DNA of 64,000 nt from Callorhinchus milii (Eukaryota): contig NW_024704742.1 in NCBI RefSeq assembly GCF_018977255.1, positions 13,766,001 through 13,830,000 of the forward strand. The letters are read 5' to 3'. This document shows positions 38,595 through 51,974 of the stretch, in pieces. The translations under genes and the position numbers were made by a program. The stretch's first letter is position 1; each line of letters begins with the position of its first letter. The notes under the pieces are model-generated. The model was not told the origin of the DNA. It did no database searches and saw nothing but the letters and a program-made list of their open reading frames with translations.

Positions 38595-38882
38595 GAAATG
38601 GAATCCGAGGTCCCGTCTACTTGTTCAGGTGGGGTTAAAGATCCCATGGGACTATTCGAAACGAGAAATTAATTTCTCCTTGTCTCTTGGCCAACAATTC
38701 TGCACAGATAAAATTGATCGTTCACTTCATGACTGTTTATGGATCATTGATAAACGTGAAATTAGCTGCGGTATATTCCTACAAAATACAGTCACTGCAC
38801 TTTACAATAAATCTTATAAACTGTCTTGAGACATTCTGCTGATGTGAAAGGCGCTATATCAAATGAAATGATTGTTATTATA
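38595..38882 (+). mobile_element. Deu-domain SINE 3' part
   Basis: CCGAGGTCCCGTCTACTTGTTCAGGTGG..AAAGATCCCATGGGACTATTCGAA; tail GTGAAAGGCGCTATATCAAATG. Confidence 0.75.
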
Positions 38883-39165
38883 ATTTCAGGACACATGTTG
38901 AATGGCTTACTACTAAATGTGTTAGAGCCCATGTCAGTATGTGTTTAAGCAGTAGCTGAAAGTTGCAATAAAAATTGATGGTGTCTTGGAAGAATGAAAT
39001 CAAATGGACTAAATTGTCTTCTTCATTTGAACTTCATTTGTGGTTTCAAAATTTATGCTTTAAAATTGCATTCCCCTTGGGTGTCTTCATTGATCGTTTA
39101 CCTTTAAATGTCACTTAGTCAATTAGATCTTATTTAAGAGGATTATTACTGCTGTTGTGTGGCTT

Positions 39166-39582
39166 CATAGAATCATAGAATCGTACAGCACAAAAAGAGG
39201 CCATTCGGCCCATCGAGTCTGTGCCGGCTCTTTGAGAAGAGCAATGTAATGTCAATCCCACTCCCCATAACCCTGCAAACCCGTCCTCCTCAAATACCCG
39301 TCCAACGCATTTTTAAAAGTAGTTATTGAATTGGCCTCCACCACCCTTTCAGGCAATGCGTTCCAGATTCGAACAACTCGCCACGTGAAAAAAATTCTTC
39401 TCACCTCCCCTCCCCTCTGCTTCTTTTAGAGACTATTTTGAATCTGCGACCTCGAGTCACCGACACACCCACCAGTGGAAACAGTTTTTCCCTTTCTATC
39501 AAATCCCCTCATGATTTTGAAGACCTCTATTAGGTCTCCTCGTAACCTTCTCTGCTCCAATGAGAACAATCCTTGTTTCTAT
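39166..39582 (-). mobile_element. CR1 3' fragment
   Basis: CATAGAAT x2 tail, GAGGCCATTCGGCCCATCG, CCACCACCCTTTCAGGCAATGCGTTCCAGA; homologous to 11080-11498. Confidence 0.92.
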
Positions 39583-40831
39583 ATATTTTATTAGTTGTTG
39601 TGACACAGATACTAAGTGTGATTTTTCTATGCATTTCAGGATTTTGTCACTGTGACTGAGTGGACGTGTATGAGTCCATCTACCCTGCCCTTGGGTTAAC
39701 TGTCATCCTTCCAGCATTGGCAACTGGCTTCCTTTAAGAAAGCCAATAGAGACATGCCTAATTAAACAAGAGGAAAGACTGTAGAAAGAGGAGAGTAAAG
39801 AGAGTAAAGAGGAATTTAATCAGCCCAACCCAGTACTATATAAGAGGCCCTGGGTCAGGTGATGGAAGAGAAGATCCTGGAGCTGAAAAACTGTGTAGAA
39901 TTGCAGGAAGAATTGATCTCCAAAGGATGGATCAAACAATGTTGGATGGTGTTCTTTGTTAGATGGTTTTATTGTTTGGTAATGAGTGCCATACTCAATA
40001 AAAGAACACTTTTTAATAGAGAATGCTGGTGTTCTTGGTTGTAAATCTAGACCCTGAAAGTAACTTAAATAACTCCAGTAATGATGTTCATTTCTCTTAG
40101 AAAAACACATACATGTTTTGCCCTATTAATGTGCGGAGTGCAGGGTAGGAAAAAGAACAAAGATCAGAACAGTAAAGAGAGAGTAGGGTGGTTTCAGGAA
40201 GAGAGCAAGCTTACTACACAAACCAAACTGAATGTCTGAACAAGCAGCACTAATGTCTTGTGGCTAGAAAATCCAGAAGCAGCAGAATTATCAGGTAATG
40301 TGATTTGCAAAAACCTGGCCTGGAGCTTGGAAAATAAATAATAAGACTACTAACTTGCATTTATATAATGCCTTTCACTTAAAAATAAATGTCTCCATTC
40401 ACTTTACAAAATGTAATTGATTAGAAATTTTCCAAGGGAAAGTGGCAGTTAATGTGCATCAGTTGGGTTCCATAAATGAGATGAGTAGCAAATTAATTTG
40501 AATGTAGGCATCAGTGTTATTTGGAGGTAAATATAGACTAGAGCAAAGATTCAATGTTTCTTTGAAATAGCAATGGCGGAGTCCATTTACATCCCAGGTG
40601 AATCAACAACAACTTGCATTTATATGGCTCCCTTCACACGGGGTAGCATCCAAGAGGCAGACGACAAAAAAATAATGCCACAAGCAAAAAATGTGATAAT
40701 GATTTTGGGGGAAAAAAGCAGAACAGGCTCAAAGGGGTTGAATGGCCTACTCCTGTTTCGATGTTTCTATGTAAGTAAATTGTCCAGAAAAGGTCACCAC
40801 TTCCCTATGAAGACTTTTATTCTTTGTGTCA

Positions 40832-41585
40832 CTCTGCTCAGTTGGTAACATTCTTGCCTTTGAGGCAGAAGGTTGTGGGTTCAAGCCTGGTGTTCACCAG
40901 GGGAGTGTTGCATTAGCAGAGCTGCTGTGCTACAGATGAAATGCTAAACTGAGGTCCCGTCTGCCTGTTAAGGTTGATATTAAAGATCCAATGACTAAAG
41001 AGTTTCTCTCGGTTCAAAAAGAGATTCTTGCGGTTTCCTGGCCAACAATCCCCTAAATAAAATTGATCATTCACTTCATGGCTGTTTATAGGACATTGCT
41101 GTGTAGAACTTCACAGCTCCATTTGCGTACAAATGATAATAATCCTTGCATTTGATATAGCGCTTTTCACGTCTTCTAGAATATACTGTAAAATGAATTT
41201 ACTGTATATTTGTGGGCGAAACACGGCAGCCAATTGCACACAGCAGCGTCCCACAAACAGTTATGGATTGAAGTGACCAATTTATTATTGCTTTTTTTCG
41301 TGAGGGATTATTATCAGGCGTGTGGAGTAAGGAAACTTGCCCAACATTTCGCCTTGCCGGAAATCGAATCCAGGTCTATCCAGGCGAGTGCTCTAACCAC
41401 TGAGCTACAGAACTCCAGGAAATGCTAAACTGAGGCTCCTTCTGCTTGTTAAGGTAGATATTAAAGATCCAATGAGCTACACGAAATACACTATCACTAG
41501 ATTTTACAGTAAAAATCTTGTGAAGCACTTTGTGATATCTCGATATGATGATAAAGTGCTATATCAACTGCAAGGATTATTATTA
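40832..41585 (+). mobile_element. Deu-domain SINE split by a young SINE and a 57-bp duplication
   Basis: Head GCTCAGTTGGTAACATTCTTGCCTTTGAGGCAGAAGGTTGTGGGTTCAAG and Deu block; breaks at about 41132 and tail resumes at about 41480. Confidence 0.8.
41133..41416 (-). mobile_element. tRNA-derived SINE, short variant, with internal deletions
   Basis: Tail, central block and head all match the family. Confidence 0.92.
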
Positions 41586-43032
41586 TCTCTTGCCTCTCCT
41601 CTGTTTTTACTTATTTACTCTATGCAATTACCTTAAATTAAAAACTGAAATTTAAGGGATTAACCTTTCAAACCGTTAATCTCAAAAAAAGAAAATTATT
41701 TTACCAAAATAAAGCATAGTGCAAATGATCTAATGGTACAGCGGGAAACCCAAAATAATTTATTGAGTTGACATGAATCGATGCAAAAAAGATAAGCAAT
41801 ATGAAAAACTGCATGTAATGTTACGTATTGTTTGAAGTATTCTTTATGATTCATGAACCAAAAAAGGAAGGTCGATGGTGTAATAGCTCAGCAAACACAG
41901 GCAGTTTCTGAATCTGCAATAAGTGGTGATTTTCCTCAAAGATTATACAATGAATGGCTGGGCAATAAATACACATACTTCCCTAATAAATGCACATTGA
42001 ATTGATTCCTTTAGCACTTATGAGTTCAGAGATGTGCATTAATTGACAATTAATGGCAAGTGTATCCAACCTAATTTGCCATGCATTAATGATTAGTGAA
42101 TTGCCCATTTTCTTGTTCTTTACCCTGCAAACATCTAGGGTTGGCAACTGTCCTTTTCAAATCATCTTATTCATCAATTTCAAGTTTTTTTTCAAAGATA
42201 CTTAAACATGCATGCTTAAAAATATTCGCTTTATTTGATGAACAAAAAGAAAAGAGATCTTGCCCTCTTACAAAGGCTGTAAAGAGAACCTTTCTAACAC
42301 TGGAATTATATCTCTCCTATGGAGCAGATCCTCAGGGGCAGACAATTTTGCTAAATTTGTCAGGTAATCTCAAGGCAGAGCCTGATCTCCACAGCTGAAT
42401 GGCTTTGCTGACAATTTAATTTTCCAGGAACTCATCCAATAAATACGAACACACTTTTTCATGATATTTATATATAATGACTTTTGAAATGAGCAGAATC
42501 CTGGAGATTAATAAGAACCTTTAAAATGTGTTGCTTCCTTCTGATTTCCATCTACACTCAAATTGTAATTATTTTGCTTATAGGGACATAATGATAGTAA
42601 TAACATAAAAATAATCCTTACATTTGGTAATCCTTACTTCACAGATAATATTGTAAAGTGCAATGACTGGTTTGTAGATGAATATAGGAACAGGAGTAGG
42701 CCAGTCAGCTCATTTTCGCCATCCATGGTTGCTTTTTGGGGTTGAAATTCCGGTAACTCAATGTTTCTGGAGTAAATATGACTTGAAGAATGTATTTGCA
42801 ATGGTTCAGTAGTGCACAGAAATTCTTGGGGATGTGCTTCATCTTGGGTAGTACTTCCTACCAAGTGGCATGCAGTGCAACTGATTACAGAAAGGTAAGC
42901 AAGGGACTTACTGAAAAACTATTTATGCTATTAATACAGCTATTAAGAAGGCTCTAAGCCATGACAGATGTACATGGGGGTTTGGGCACTCAAGGCCTGA
43001 GAGCATATTTCTCATTCTGTTAAGCGTGTGGG

Positions 43033-43393
43033 TAATAATAATAATAATAATAATAATTTGATATAGAACCTTATCACATCTTCTAGACATCTCAAAGCAC
43101 TTCACAGAATGTACTGTAAAGTGAATTGACTGTATATTTTGTGGGAGAAACATGGCAACCAATTGCACACAGCAGTGACCCACAAACAGTCGTGGATTGA
43201 GTGACCAATTTTTTTTGAGGGATTATTATCCCAGAAAAAGCAATCCACCAATCGACTAATAACCGGGTTCTTACTTACTGCTAGGTAAACAGAGATGTGT
43301 GGAACAAGGAAACTTGCCTAAGGTTTCATCGTGCCGGGAATCCAACCCAGGTCCTCTTACTTGAGTGTTCTAACCACTGAGCTACAGGATTCC
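43033..43393 (-). mobile_element. Long-variant tRNA SINE
   Basis: Full length, with extra module CAATCGACTAATAACCGGGTTCTTACTTACTGCTAGGTAAACAGAG. Confidence 0.9.
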
Positions 43394-43439
43394 ACAGGGT
43401 TGTAATAAATATTTGAGAAAATGTCATGACAAAAAACGG

Positions 43440-44050
43440 AAAAATATTATGAGAAAGACATTGGAACAATTGAATCTGGAGGTGACAAAGGCATGGATGA
43501 GGGTTTGGGCTGTGTTGGTGGGGAAAATAGCAGAGCAGATGGCTGACCCTGAGGAGATGGAGGAAAGCTGACTTGACAGACTTCAAAGGAAAGATTTGAA
43601 GGAGAGTTGAGGGTAAAATAAAATGGTAAGATCTTGCACAGGCTCGTGGGTTGAAGTGAGCAACAACGTATGAGGTGATGAGGAGCTGACTGGAGCTGAA
43701 CAAAATAGACTCAGTAAAATTAAGATGAAATGAAAAGTTAAAATTTAAATTGAAAAGACCCTTATATGAGATAGCTTGGAATATGAAAAGCCTGAATTAA
43801 ATTCCCTTTGCTAAGTGGGCACCTGCATGTTTCACGACCTCCCTATCGGTCATCAGCATCAGGAGGCAGGTTTCAGCCACTCTGTTCCTCCTCTGATTCG
43901 CTCCCTCCTTCCACTCTTTCAAGGCACACCTGAAAAGTACCTAGTTGACTGTTCTTTCGGTTATCTTTCCCCTTTCTACCTCCCATCCTCGGCTGGGGTG
44001 CCCATGCAGCATTTTGAAGCATTTTGAGATGTCCTCCTGACCTAAAAATA
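43440..44050. mobile_element. Degraded L2 relics (minus about 43440-43710; plus about 43815-44050)
   Basis: GAATCTGGAGGTGACAAAGGCATGGATGAGGGTTT (compare 3527-3560); AGGAGGCAGGTTTCAGCCAC and tail GAGATGTCCTCCTGAC. Confidence 0.6.
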
Positions 44051-45771
44051 TAAATTGTACTATATTAGAATTGTAATGCAGTCAGTTGTATATATCTATT
44101 TGAGGTCTAGTATTTCAGTGACACATTAGGGACATGGCTTTAGTCAGATGATGTGTATGTCAGATCCCCGGTGGGACAGCGCAGAACCATAGCACAAAGC
44201 CTTGTGGTGAGTTCCTCTAAATCCGCTTTCTTTCTAATCATCCTTGTATACTAGCACTGGCAGCTAACAATTAATGTCCGATATGATGCTTTGAAACAAA
44301 TGTTCCTCTTTTCCCCTAAAAAATAACTGATTTATTTTAAAAGCTTTGGATTGTCATCAATAAAAAATCTTATCTTTAAGTGCAGCTCCACTTTCCTCAG
44401 GATTTCCTTGGGATTTGCAGAAGCTTGTCAGGGCTTTAAGTAAACTAGCCTGTAAAATGTTGCCCATTTATATCAGACAAACGAAAATTAAAAAGCTGAC
44501 ATTGGCAAACCAAATGCACCATACATTGCGCTGTTAAATTGCATCAGACATCAGTCTTTTTTGAGCTTTAAGGACAAGTTTCTCACCCTATTGTAAAAGG
44601 TTGGCCTGTTAGCATGTCCATGGAATTAGCAGTCTCCCTATTTTACACTATTTTACATTTTGTGTTCACATGATGCTGAAGTATACAGTAATATCACAGG
44701 AAATGACCACTCTTTACAGCTCATCCTTTCTTATAGGCAATGTTTAAAACATTTATCCTATCGGGTTAGATTCATTGCTGATGTAAGTATGAAAATTGGT
44801 CTGCATCACATGCATAATGTTATGATTGAATAAAAAGCTCTTTTTAGTATTATATATATCATGAATAAGTTTACTGTGCCCTGTGGTTCTGGCTTGGTGT
44901 AAATGAAACTATTGTTTTGACTTTACTTTCTCAATTCCATTCAGAATCTTATATACCTCTCTAAGGTACCCTCTGAGACATCTCATTTAAGTGCTGAAGA
45001 ATCCTTGCTTTCCTAATCGTTACTCTCATAGCTCGTTCCTCTAAAACTGAGGATCATCCTTATTACTCTCTTCTGCAGGGCAGCCCTGTGATGGCAGGTT
45101 AATTAATGTGTGATTCCCTTCCTAGTGGCTGGGTGCACAAGAAAGAAAATATCAGAAATCACTTCAAAGGATGTTAGAAATATCTTACCTATAGGGAGCA
45201 TGGGATGTAAATTTCACATAGCATTGCAATTAAAATCTTATGCAAAAACACCATTCAGCTACTCATTTGTATAATGCAATACAATTTACATGTATATAGT
45301 GCCTTTCACGTCAGGAGGACGTCTCAAAGCACTTGGCTTTTACATGGTTTTATATATGATCGCTAAAATTAATACAATTAAATGTAGAAATCTCTTAAAT
45401 TGTGCCTGACTGAGCCACAAAAACATCATACGCAACATCAACTAACGGAAGATGAAATATTGGTACATGATTTACATCCTGGGCAAATGCATATGCCATG
45501 AAACTAACACAATTGCGCATTGCCAGGAGGGCAGTAAAATTTATCCCATTAAANTTTTTTTAGCACAACAAAATACATGTAAATCTGACAGATCAAAACT
45601 AATGAGAACATTGTGCTACTTACAAATTAAATGCATATCAAATATACTTGCTGTTTCGCCAGTAATAATTCTAACATAAGAAAAGTGATATTTGAATTGA
45701 TGACGGGTGCAGGGACCAACTGGTATTTTACTGTATGTAAAAGTCTAATCTATTATTCTGCATTCAGATGT

Positions 45772-46100
45772 CATCCTGGTTCAGTTTGTAGCATTCTCGT
45801 CACTGAATTAAAAGTTCATTGGCGCATGCCCCATGATGGAACTTTGAGTTCATTATCTAGGGGAGCACTGCATGTTAGCAGTGCCAGTCTTTGGATGCAA
45901 TGTTAAATCAAATTCCTGTCTGTTCAGGTGGATGTTAAATATTTCCTGGCACTATTCAAGAACAGAAGGGAATTTCTGTGGATGTTCTGACCAACAGTTC
46001 CCCAGATACAATAAAGTTGGTCATGGCTGTTTCTGAGATATTACCTAGAAATACACAGCCAATATAATTTATAATAAAATCTTGTGAAGTGTTACAAGGA
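45772..46100 (+). mobile_element. Deu-domain SINE relic
   Basis: GGGAGCACTGCATGTTAGCAGTGCCAGTCTTTGGATG..TTCAGGTGGATGTTAAA..TGGCACTATTCAAG. Confidence 0.7.
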
Positions 46101-48606
46101 TGTAATGCTTCATGCAGGCTTATTTAATGTTCCAAGAAGGTAAGGGAAGAATACAGAAGGACAGGTCAGCATGCTTAGCTTCTGAAATGGTCGATGCAAG
46201 TGGGTTGCTTTGGAAATTTATGGCATTGGATTGAAATCAAAAGAAAGATGAATGATGAGGTAGCTTTTGAGAAGTGTTGTGCAAAATTAAATCAAGAGGA
46301 ATCGGATTTGGCACACTAATTAATCATTAGCTAATGCCTGGTAACAATTCTGATTGACCAAGAGCCTTTCAGTTAGAACACAATGAGCTTCGAATGCATT
46401 TGAATCATTTGGCTTTGAAGATTTATCATTAAGTTAACAGCAGGCTGGAGGGTTGTTCATCTATGCATTTTCATACCCTCAAGTTATAATATTTGGTCTG
46501 ACTGACTGAAATGAAAGTAAATGATCAACAGTTTTTTGTGGCTTGTTTTGATGTTGATAAGATTGGGCAATCAACTTACTCAACATGCGCCTGGAGGTAC
46601 CTGAGTGGTGGCAGGAGGTTTTTCTCCTGTCTCCCCTGCCACAAATCAACACGAATTTCTGTGATTGCAAAACGTTGTTTGATATGCTCAAAAATAACAA
46701 ACTTGCAATATGCACAAACATGTTTTTAATGCAAAACATGAGGACAGATCATTAGTACTATTGCATCAAAGCCTTAACCCTCAAATTCCAGAACTAAATA
46801 AAGCAAACAGTGGGCACCAAAAAGCAACATTTGCAAACCACATTTGGGATGAATATTGTGGCTTCTTGTTTGCAAAAAGGACCTGATAAAGTACAGAATG
46901 AGTGAAGGTTTCTTACAACAGCATTAAATTGTTTCTTTGAGGTGACACAGTGACCTCTGTCATGCAATAATCAAGCATCCTGTTTGCACTGTTGTAATAT
47001 ACTGTGCTATTAGTACCTTTTATCGCCTTTTGTGCAGGATTTTACCAGTTTAATCTATAAGTTCTAGTGATCAGTTCTTGCCACCTTCAATGAGGGTAAT
47101 CACTGTCAGTGTTAAAAGGAATTCTTCAAAAAACATTTGCTATCTTATCTTCATGTAATTACTGTCATTCAAATGTAATGAGGTACATTACATTGCAGCA
47201 TATCTCTCCAACACCAAGTAGGGAAAAGATGCCAAATACAAGTGAAGATGGGAACAAAAAAGTCTAGGGTTTTTATAATTCCTCTTCATAGCATGAAAGT
47301 GGTAGGTATAGGACTCACCACTCCAATATTGAAAGGATTCACTTAGCTGGCTGTGAATAGGCAGCTTTATTATTGAATAGATAGGTGTATAGCAAGCTTA
47401 TTATCTCTTGTAACTAGCATTTAGAGTACGCAAATAATAATGTCAATATTTCTCTCCAATATATTTGTTGAATATCCGAATTTTATCCAAATTTAAACTA
47501 TTTGGAACCACCTGCTGTCATTTTGGGAAAGTAACAGCGTGTGAAATTGGGTAGTACATTAAGTTCCAAATACAATACAAATTTACATTTATATAGCGTC
47601 TTTCACATTGGGGCAATGTCCCCAAATGCTGGATACTGCTGACTGGGCACCTGGAATTGGGGTGGAACCGAGGACAGTGGCAAAGGAGCCAAACGGTTGG
47701 GAAAAGTATCCTGTTATCCTTTAAGCATAGCGTTGATGGTTGGAAAAAACATTCTTCTGAGTTTAAGGTTATCAAGTGGAATGAATTGAAGTTGTCTCAA
47801 TATGGGTGTCTGTGAGCATCGGCCAAAAAGTACAAAACTGCTTGTTATTTAATATTAACACTGAATTTAAAATCTTACTCAGTATGGATGGTTGATATGG
47901 AAAACGGAATACACTTGGACTGGTTCGGTGGAAAGCCAGAACTTAGATTGACATCTGAACACAGTTTCAAAGGGCCTGAGATACAACCCTGCACCTGTAC
48001 GATCTATTATTTATAAATGCTTTTGAGTAGCTTAAATCTCATGTGGGCACAGGATGACACTGAGCTGGGATTGAACCCATGGATGAATATACATTCAATG
48101 ACCAGGCTCATGTGTGAAGAATTGCTATTTCCTAAGGACTGGAAACTGCTGGTGTCTGTATCATGGAACAGAGGTGTAGCAAGAATCACTGACTACAGTA
48201 TAGAAATCTTGTGGAGGAGAAAACTACTGAAAAAGAGGGGTGAGTTGGGGAAAGAGAAATAGCATTCAGGATTTTACAAGAGGTTATATGCATACATTTT
48301 GTTAACCCTAACAAAATGTATTCATGCTTTCACATCTGGGACTGATGGTGGAGAGTGAATGCCTGGTAAATGATTTAGATAAGTGATGTGATGTCCAATC
48401 TGTCCATGGTGTCTCTTTCCCCTGTGCTCCATTCATCCCCCATATATCTGTCACATCTATTTCCAACTGCATATAGCAACCACTTCTCTAGTGATCTGTG
48501 GAGAGGGGTATCTATCCCAAGAGATAAGGAAAGTTTCTGGGTCTTTGATGACCTCTCAATGTATTTTGCAGATTGAGTTTCAGTCAATTGAATTGAATTC
48601 CAAACT

Positions 48607-48926
48607 GGAGTCCTGTAGCTCAGTGGTTAGAGCACTCGCTTTGCAAGCGAGAGACCTGAGTTCAATTCCAGGCAGGGCGAAATCTTGGGCAAGTTTCCTT
48701 ACTCCACACACCTAATAATAATTCCTCCAGAACCAAAAACAATAATAAATTGGTCATTTTCAATCTACGATTGTTTGTGGGACATTGATGTGCGCAAATA
48801 GCTGCCGCGTTCGCCCACAAATATACAGTCAATTCACTTTACAGTGTGTTCTGTGAAGCGCTTTGGGACGTCCTCCCGACGTGAAAAGCGCTATATCAAA
48901 TGCAAGGATTATTATTATTATTATTA
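48607..48926 (+). mobile_element. tRNA-derived SINE, short variant, CTCCC-loop tail (young)
   Basis: Full length; anticodon arm CTCGC-TTTGCAA-GCGAG intact (TGC, Ala-like). Confidence 0.96.
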
Positions 48927-50309
48927 CATCATTCCTAGCACTCATCGGATTTCCCTTTAGATTGATGGCAGCAACAGACACACCTATTTGAAATAATCGG
49001 CATCAGTGTGATAGGACGGGGAAGTGAAATATCAGTCAGAGTTCCCGTTTCTGATCACTATCCAGTAACACTCCACTAGAAAATGTGTGCAATCAAATAT
49101 CAAATGAGAACAGGGAGAGGTTGGCTATGCCCTCCATAACTGAATACTCCGCCTACGCTCATTGCCTAAGGAATGGTCAATGGTAAGCTGCAAAGGAGAT
49201 GCCAGAACATATGTAATTGGTAAAGAGGGGGAAAATCAGGGACAAAAGGAAAAAATACAGTCACTCCACTTTACAATATCACTGTGAAGTGCTTTGAGAC
49301 ATCCTCCTGACGAGAAAGGCACTACAACGACAACTTGCATTTATATAGTAACCTTCATGCCGGACAGTGTCTCAGAGCACTATACCAAATGTAAGGATTA
49401 TTATTATTACAAAGTGGATGAACTGTTTCCTTTGTGGATTCCTCACACAGTGGTACTCTGCCTTCCATCATATTGACATTTCACTATTGGCTACCAAGCA
49501 TTCGCTTGCTGTCACTTCACTCAACAGTACAAATCTTGTGAAGCCTTTTGAGACATTTTGACGATATGGTTAAATTGTTACCGTAAAGTCCTGATGATCC
49601 AACCCTAGTTTAACTTGTCACTATCGCTTAAGTCACCATGCTGGCAATATCCCGGGGGCACTTATTTATGCATTTATACAGATGGCTAACTTGCCACTCT
49701 GGATAACTCGTCACCAAGCCCTTCTCCTTTGGAATGATGAGTTATTGGGAGTTCATGGTATATTAAATGCATCGACCAATATTATTATCATTATTAGTGG
49801 ACAGAATGGTTCTTTTCTGCTGTTGGTTGATAGAAAATGCAAGAGTTTCAAGAAACAGCAAAAGGTAATTCAGTGTGTGAAGCTGCTGACTGAAAACCAT
49901 CAATTATACTTGAATGATTTGAGTGTTTAATTTATTTGTCAATCTTTGGGAAAAATGACTACTTTTCACAAAAACAAAGTTAATAATGATTGCTGGATTC
50001 TGCCAAGGAAAAGGTAATATGAATATTTTTCTCACAAAAGCTAAGTGGTTCAGGGCTCTGTGTGGGAGAAAAAGCAATATCTTTTTGAGACATTATAGCA
50101 ATTGAGAATATGCAAAAGCAAACTTAAAATTTCATAATGTATTTGAGTATACTACAAATATTCTTTCAAATAATATAAGTATTCACTTAAGTATTATGTA
50201 TTTATTGTAAAACATAAGACATATATTATTGCTTTTAAGATTGATAAATAAATGTAAATTGATTTGCAATTTACTTAGCATGGTGTAGAAATGTTCTATG
50301 AAATATGTT

Positions 50310-50455
50310 CCTCTTTGACCAGGCCATCGGCCACCCCCCTTCCCCTCCCCTCTCTTCTCCCCCCTTGACCCCAGGTCAGGTCTGAAATGCTGTACACTGT
50401 CCAGCGCTTTGGGACGTCCTCCTGACATGAAAGGCACTATAGAAATGTTGCTTGT
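50310..50455 (+). mobile_element. L2 3' UTR and tail
   Basis: CCCCCCTTCCCCTCCCC..CTGTCCAGCGCTTTGGGACGTCCTCCTGACATGAAAGGCAC. Confidence 0.82.
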
Positions 50456-50567
50456 ATGATATTTGATATTTGTGCCGATAACCAACAAAATACTAATGCT
50501 GCAGTTTTAACCCACGTTATTAAGAAATGTTCCAAGTGTAGTGCAAATCAATCATACATTACAATTA

Positions 50568-50930
50568 TAATAATAATCCTTCCATTGATATAGTGTCTTA
50601 TCATGTTATTAAAACATCTCAAAATTCTTCATAGGATTTACTGCAAACTGTAGTGATTCTATCTGTAGGTGAACGGGTCAGCCAATTTGTTCACAGCAAT
50701 ATTTCCCAAATATCCAGGAAGTAAATGATCAACTTTATCCAGGGGACTGATGGCTAGGATGCCAAGAAAAGCTCCCTTCTCACTTCAAGTAGTGCCATTT
50801 GATCTTTAATGTCCTCCTGATAGGGCAGATAGGACCTTGGTTTAACATTTCATCTGAAGGTTGGCATCTCTGACAATGCAACACTGGAGTGTCAGCTCAG
50901 ACGATGAGTTCAAATAACCGATGTGGAGCT
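50568..50930 (-). mobile_element. Deu-domain SINE relic
   Basis: AAT tail, CAGCCAATTTGTTCACAGCAAT, GTTTAACATTTCATCTGAAGG..CTCTGACAATGCAACAC. Confidence 0.72.
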
Positions 50931-51974
50931 TAAAAGATGTGTTAAAGATTTTTCTAAGACATTGCTGTGCACAAATCAGCTTACACATTTGTCTACAAAT
51001 ACACCCTCACTACCCTTTACAGTAAACATCCGGTGAAGTGTGTTTTGATGTAATAAGTCACAATATCAAATGCAAAATTGCTATTAATGAGATGCATTTT
51101 ATTTTGTGCCTCCACAATACAGTTCCAAGCTGAACAATTACACAATCTTGAGATATTATAAATGTTTATTGATCAGCTGTTTGCAAAAATAATTGATTTT
51201 ATTTTCATTTGCTGTCTATTATTTAGCCATTAAAATGAAAGAAATTGTGCAGTAATTTGCATTTCACTAACATACTTGACCTGGAGTCCGAGATTTTAGG
51301 CTTTGTGTTTCTTCAATTGGTACTACGAAATATATCTGATTTCATTCTTTTGTAAACTTTATTTCATATAAATGTGAAGCATTTTCTTTAAACAATCTTG
51401 TAAAAGCCATTACTAAAATAGTGGAGTAAATAATTTATGGCAAGTGACCTTTAACTCACATTTTGACAGAAAATCTCTATGTTTAAACAGCTTTACTGGG
51501 GAAGAAAAAAAGAAAATCTTCTGACTGATGTTTCTGTGTTAATGAAAATGGTGGTGATTTAATTATTTTTAAAAAAATATTGTTAAATTGAAAGGTCGTG
51601 GCTATAAATGCCATTTGAACACTGCATTAGTACCTATTCTATAGCATTATTTGCATTCTAAAATGTATACTATGTACTTGGCATTTAAAGACAAATTGCA
51701 ATTGTTTTAAGTGAGATTCACGAACAGGAACCCATAAAAGGATCTGGTGCAATTTTTAGTTAGAAAATTTATCACGCTTAACAAATTATTAAAACCCATA
51801 TGCAATGTAATGGGAGGGTAAGTAGAGATTGTTGAAAGGATATATTGGAGTGAAAACAGTCATTTCCAATCCATATCGTTAAAGCAATGCGTTATTACTC
51901 TCAGTATCTGTAACCCCCTACCATTGAGCACCTGTGGATACATTAAAGCCTGACTCAGATTATATAAGAGCTAT

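Noticed and set aside
44119..44212. Exon candidate ending GTG|GTGAGT
   Set aside because: All three frames are closed from the best acceptor; the alternative acceptor is weak and the peptide unrecognised
45554..45554. Single N base
   Set aside because: Assembly ambiguity, not biology
48017..48262. ORF with FPKDWKL (LINE-like) and GTGAGT donor
   Set aside because: Motif too short; no further RT or exon support
48607..48680. tRNA-Ala(TGC) genes at SINE heads
   Set aside because: A/B boxes and anticodon arm are present, but there is no proper acceptor stem and each runs directly into SINE body and tail
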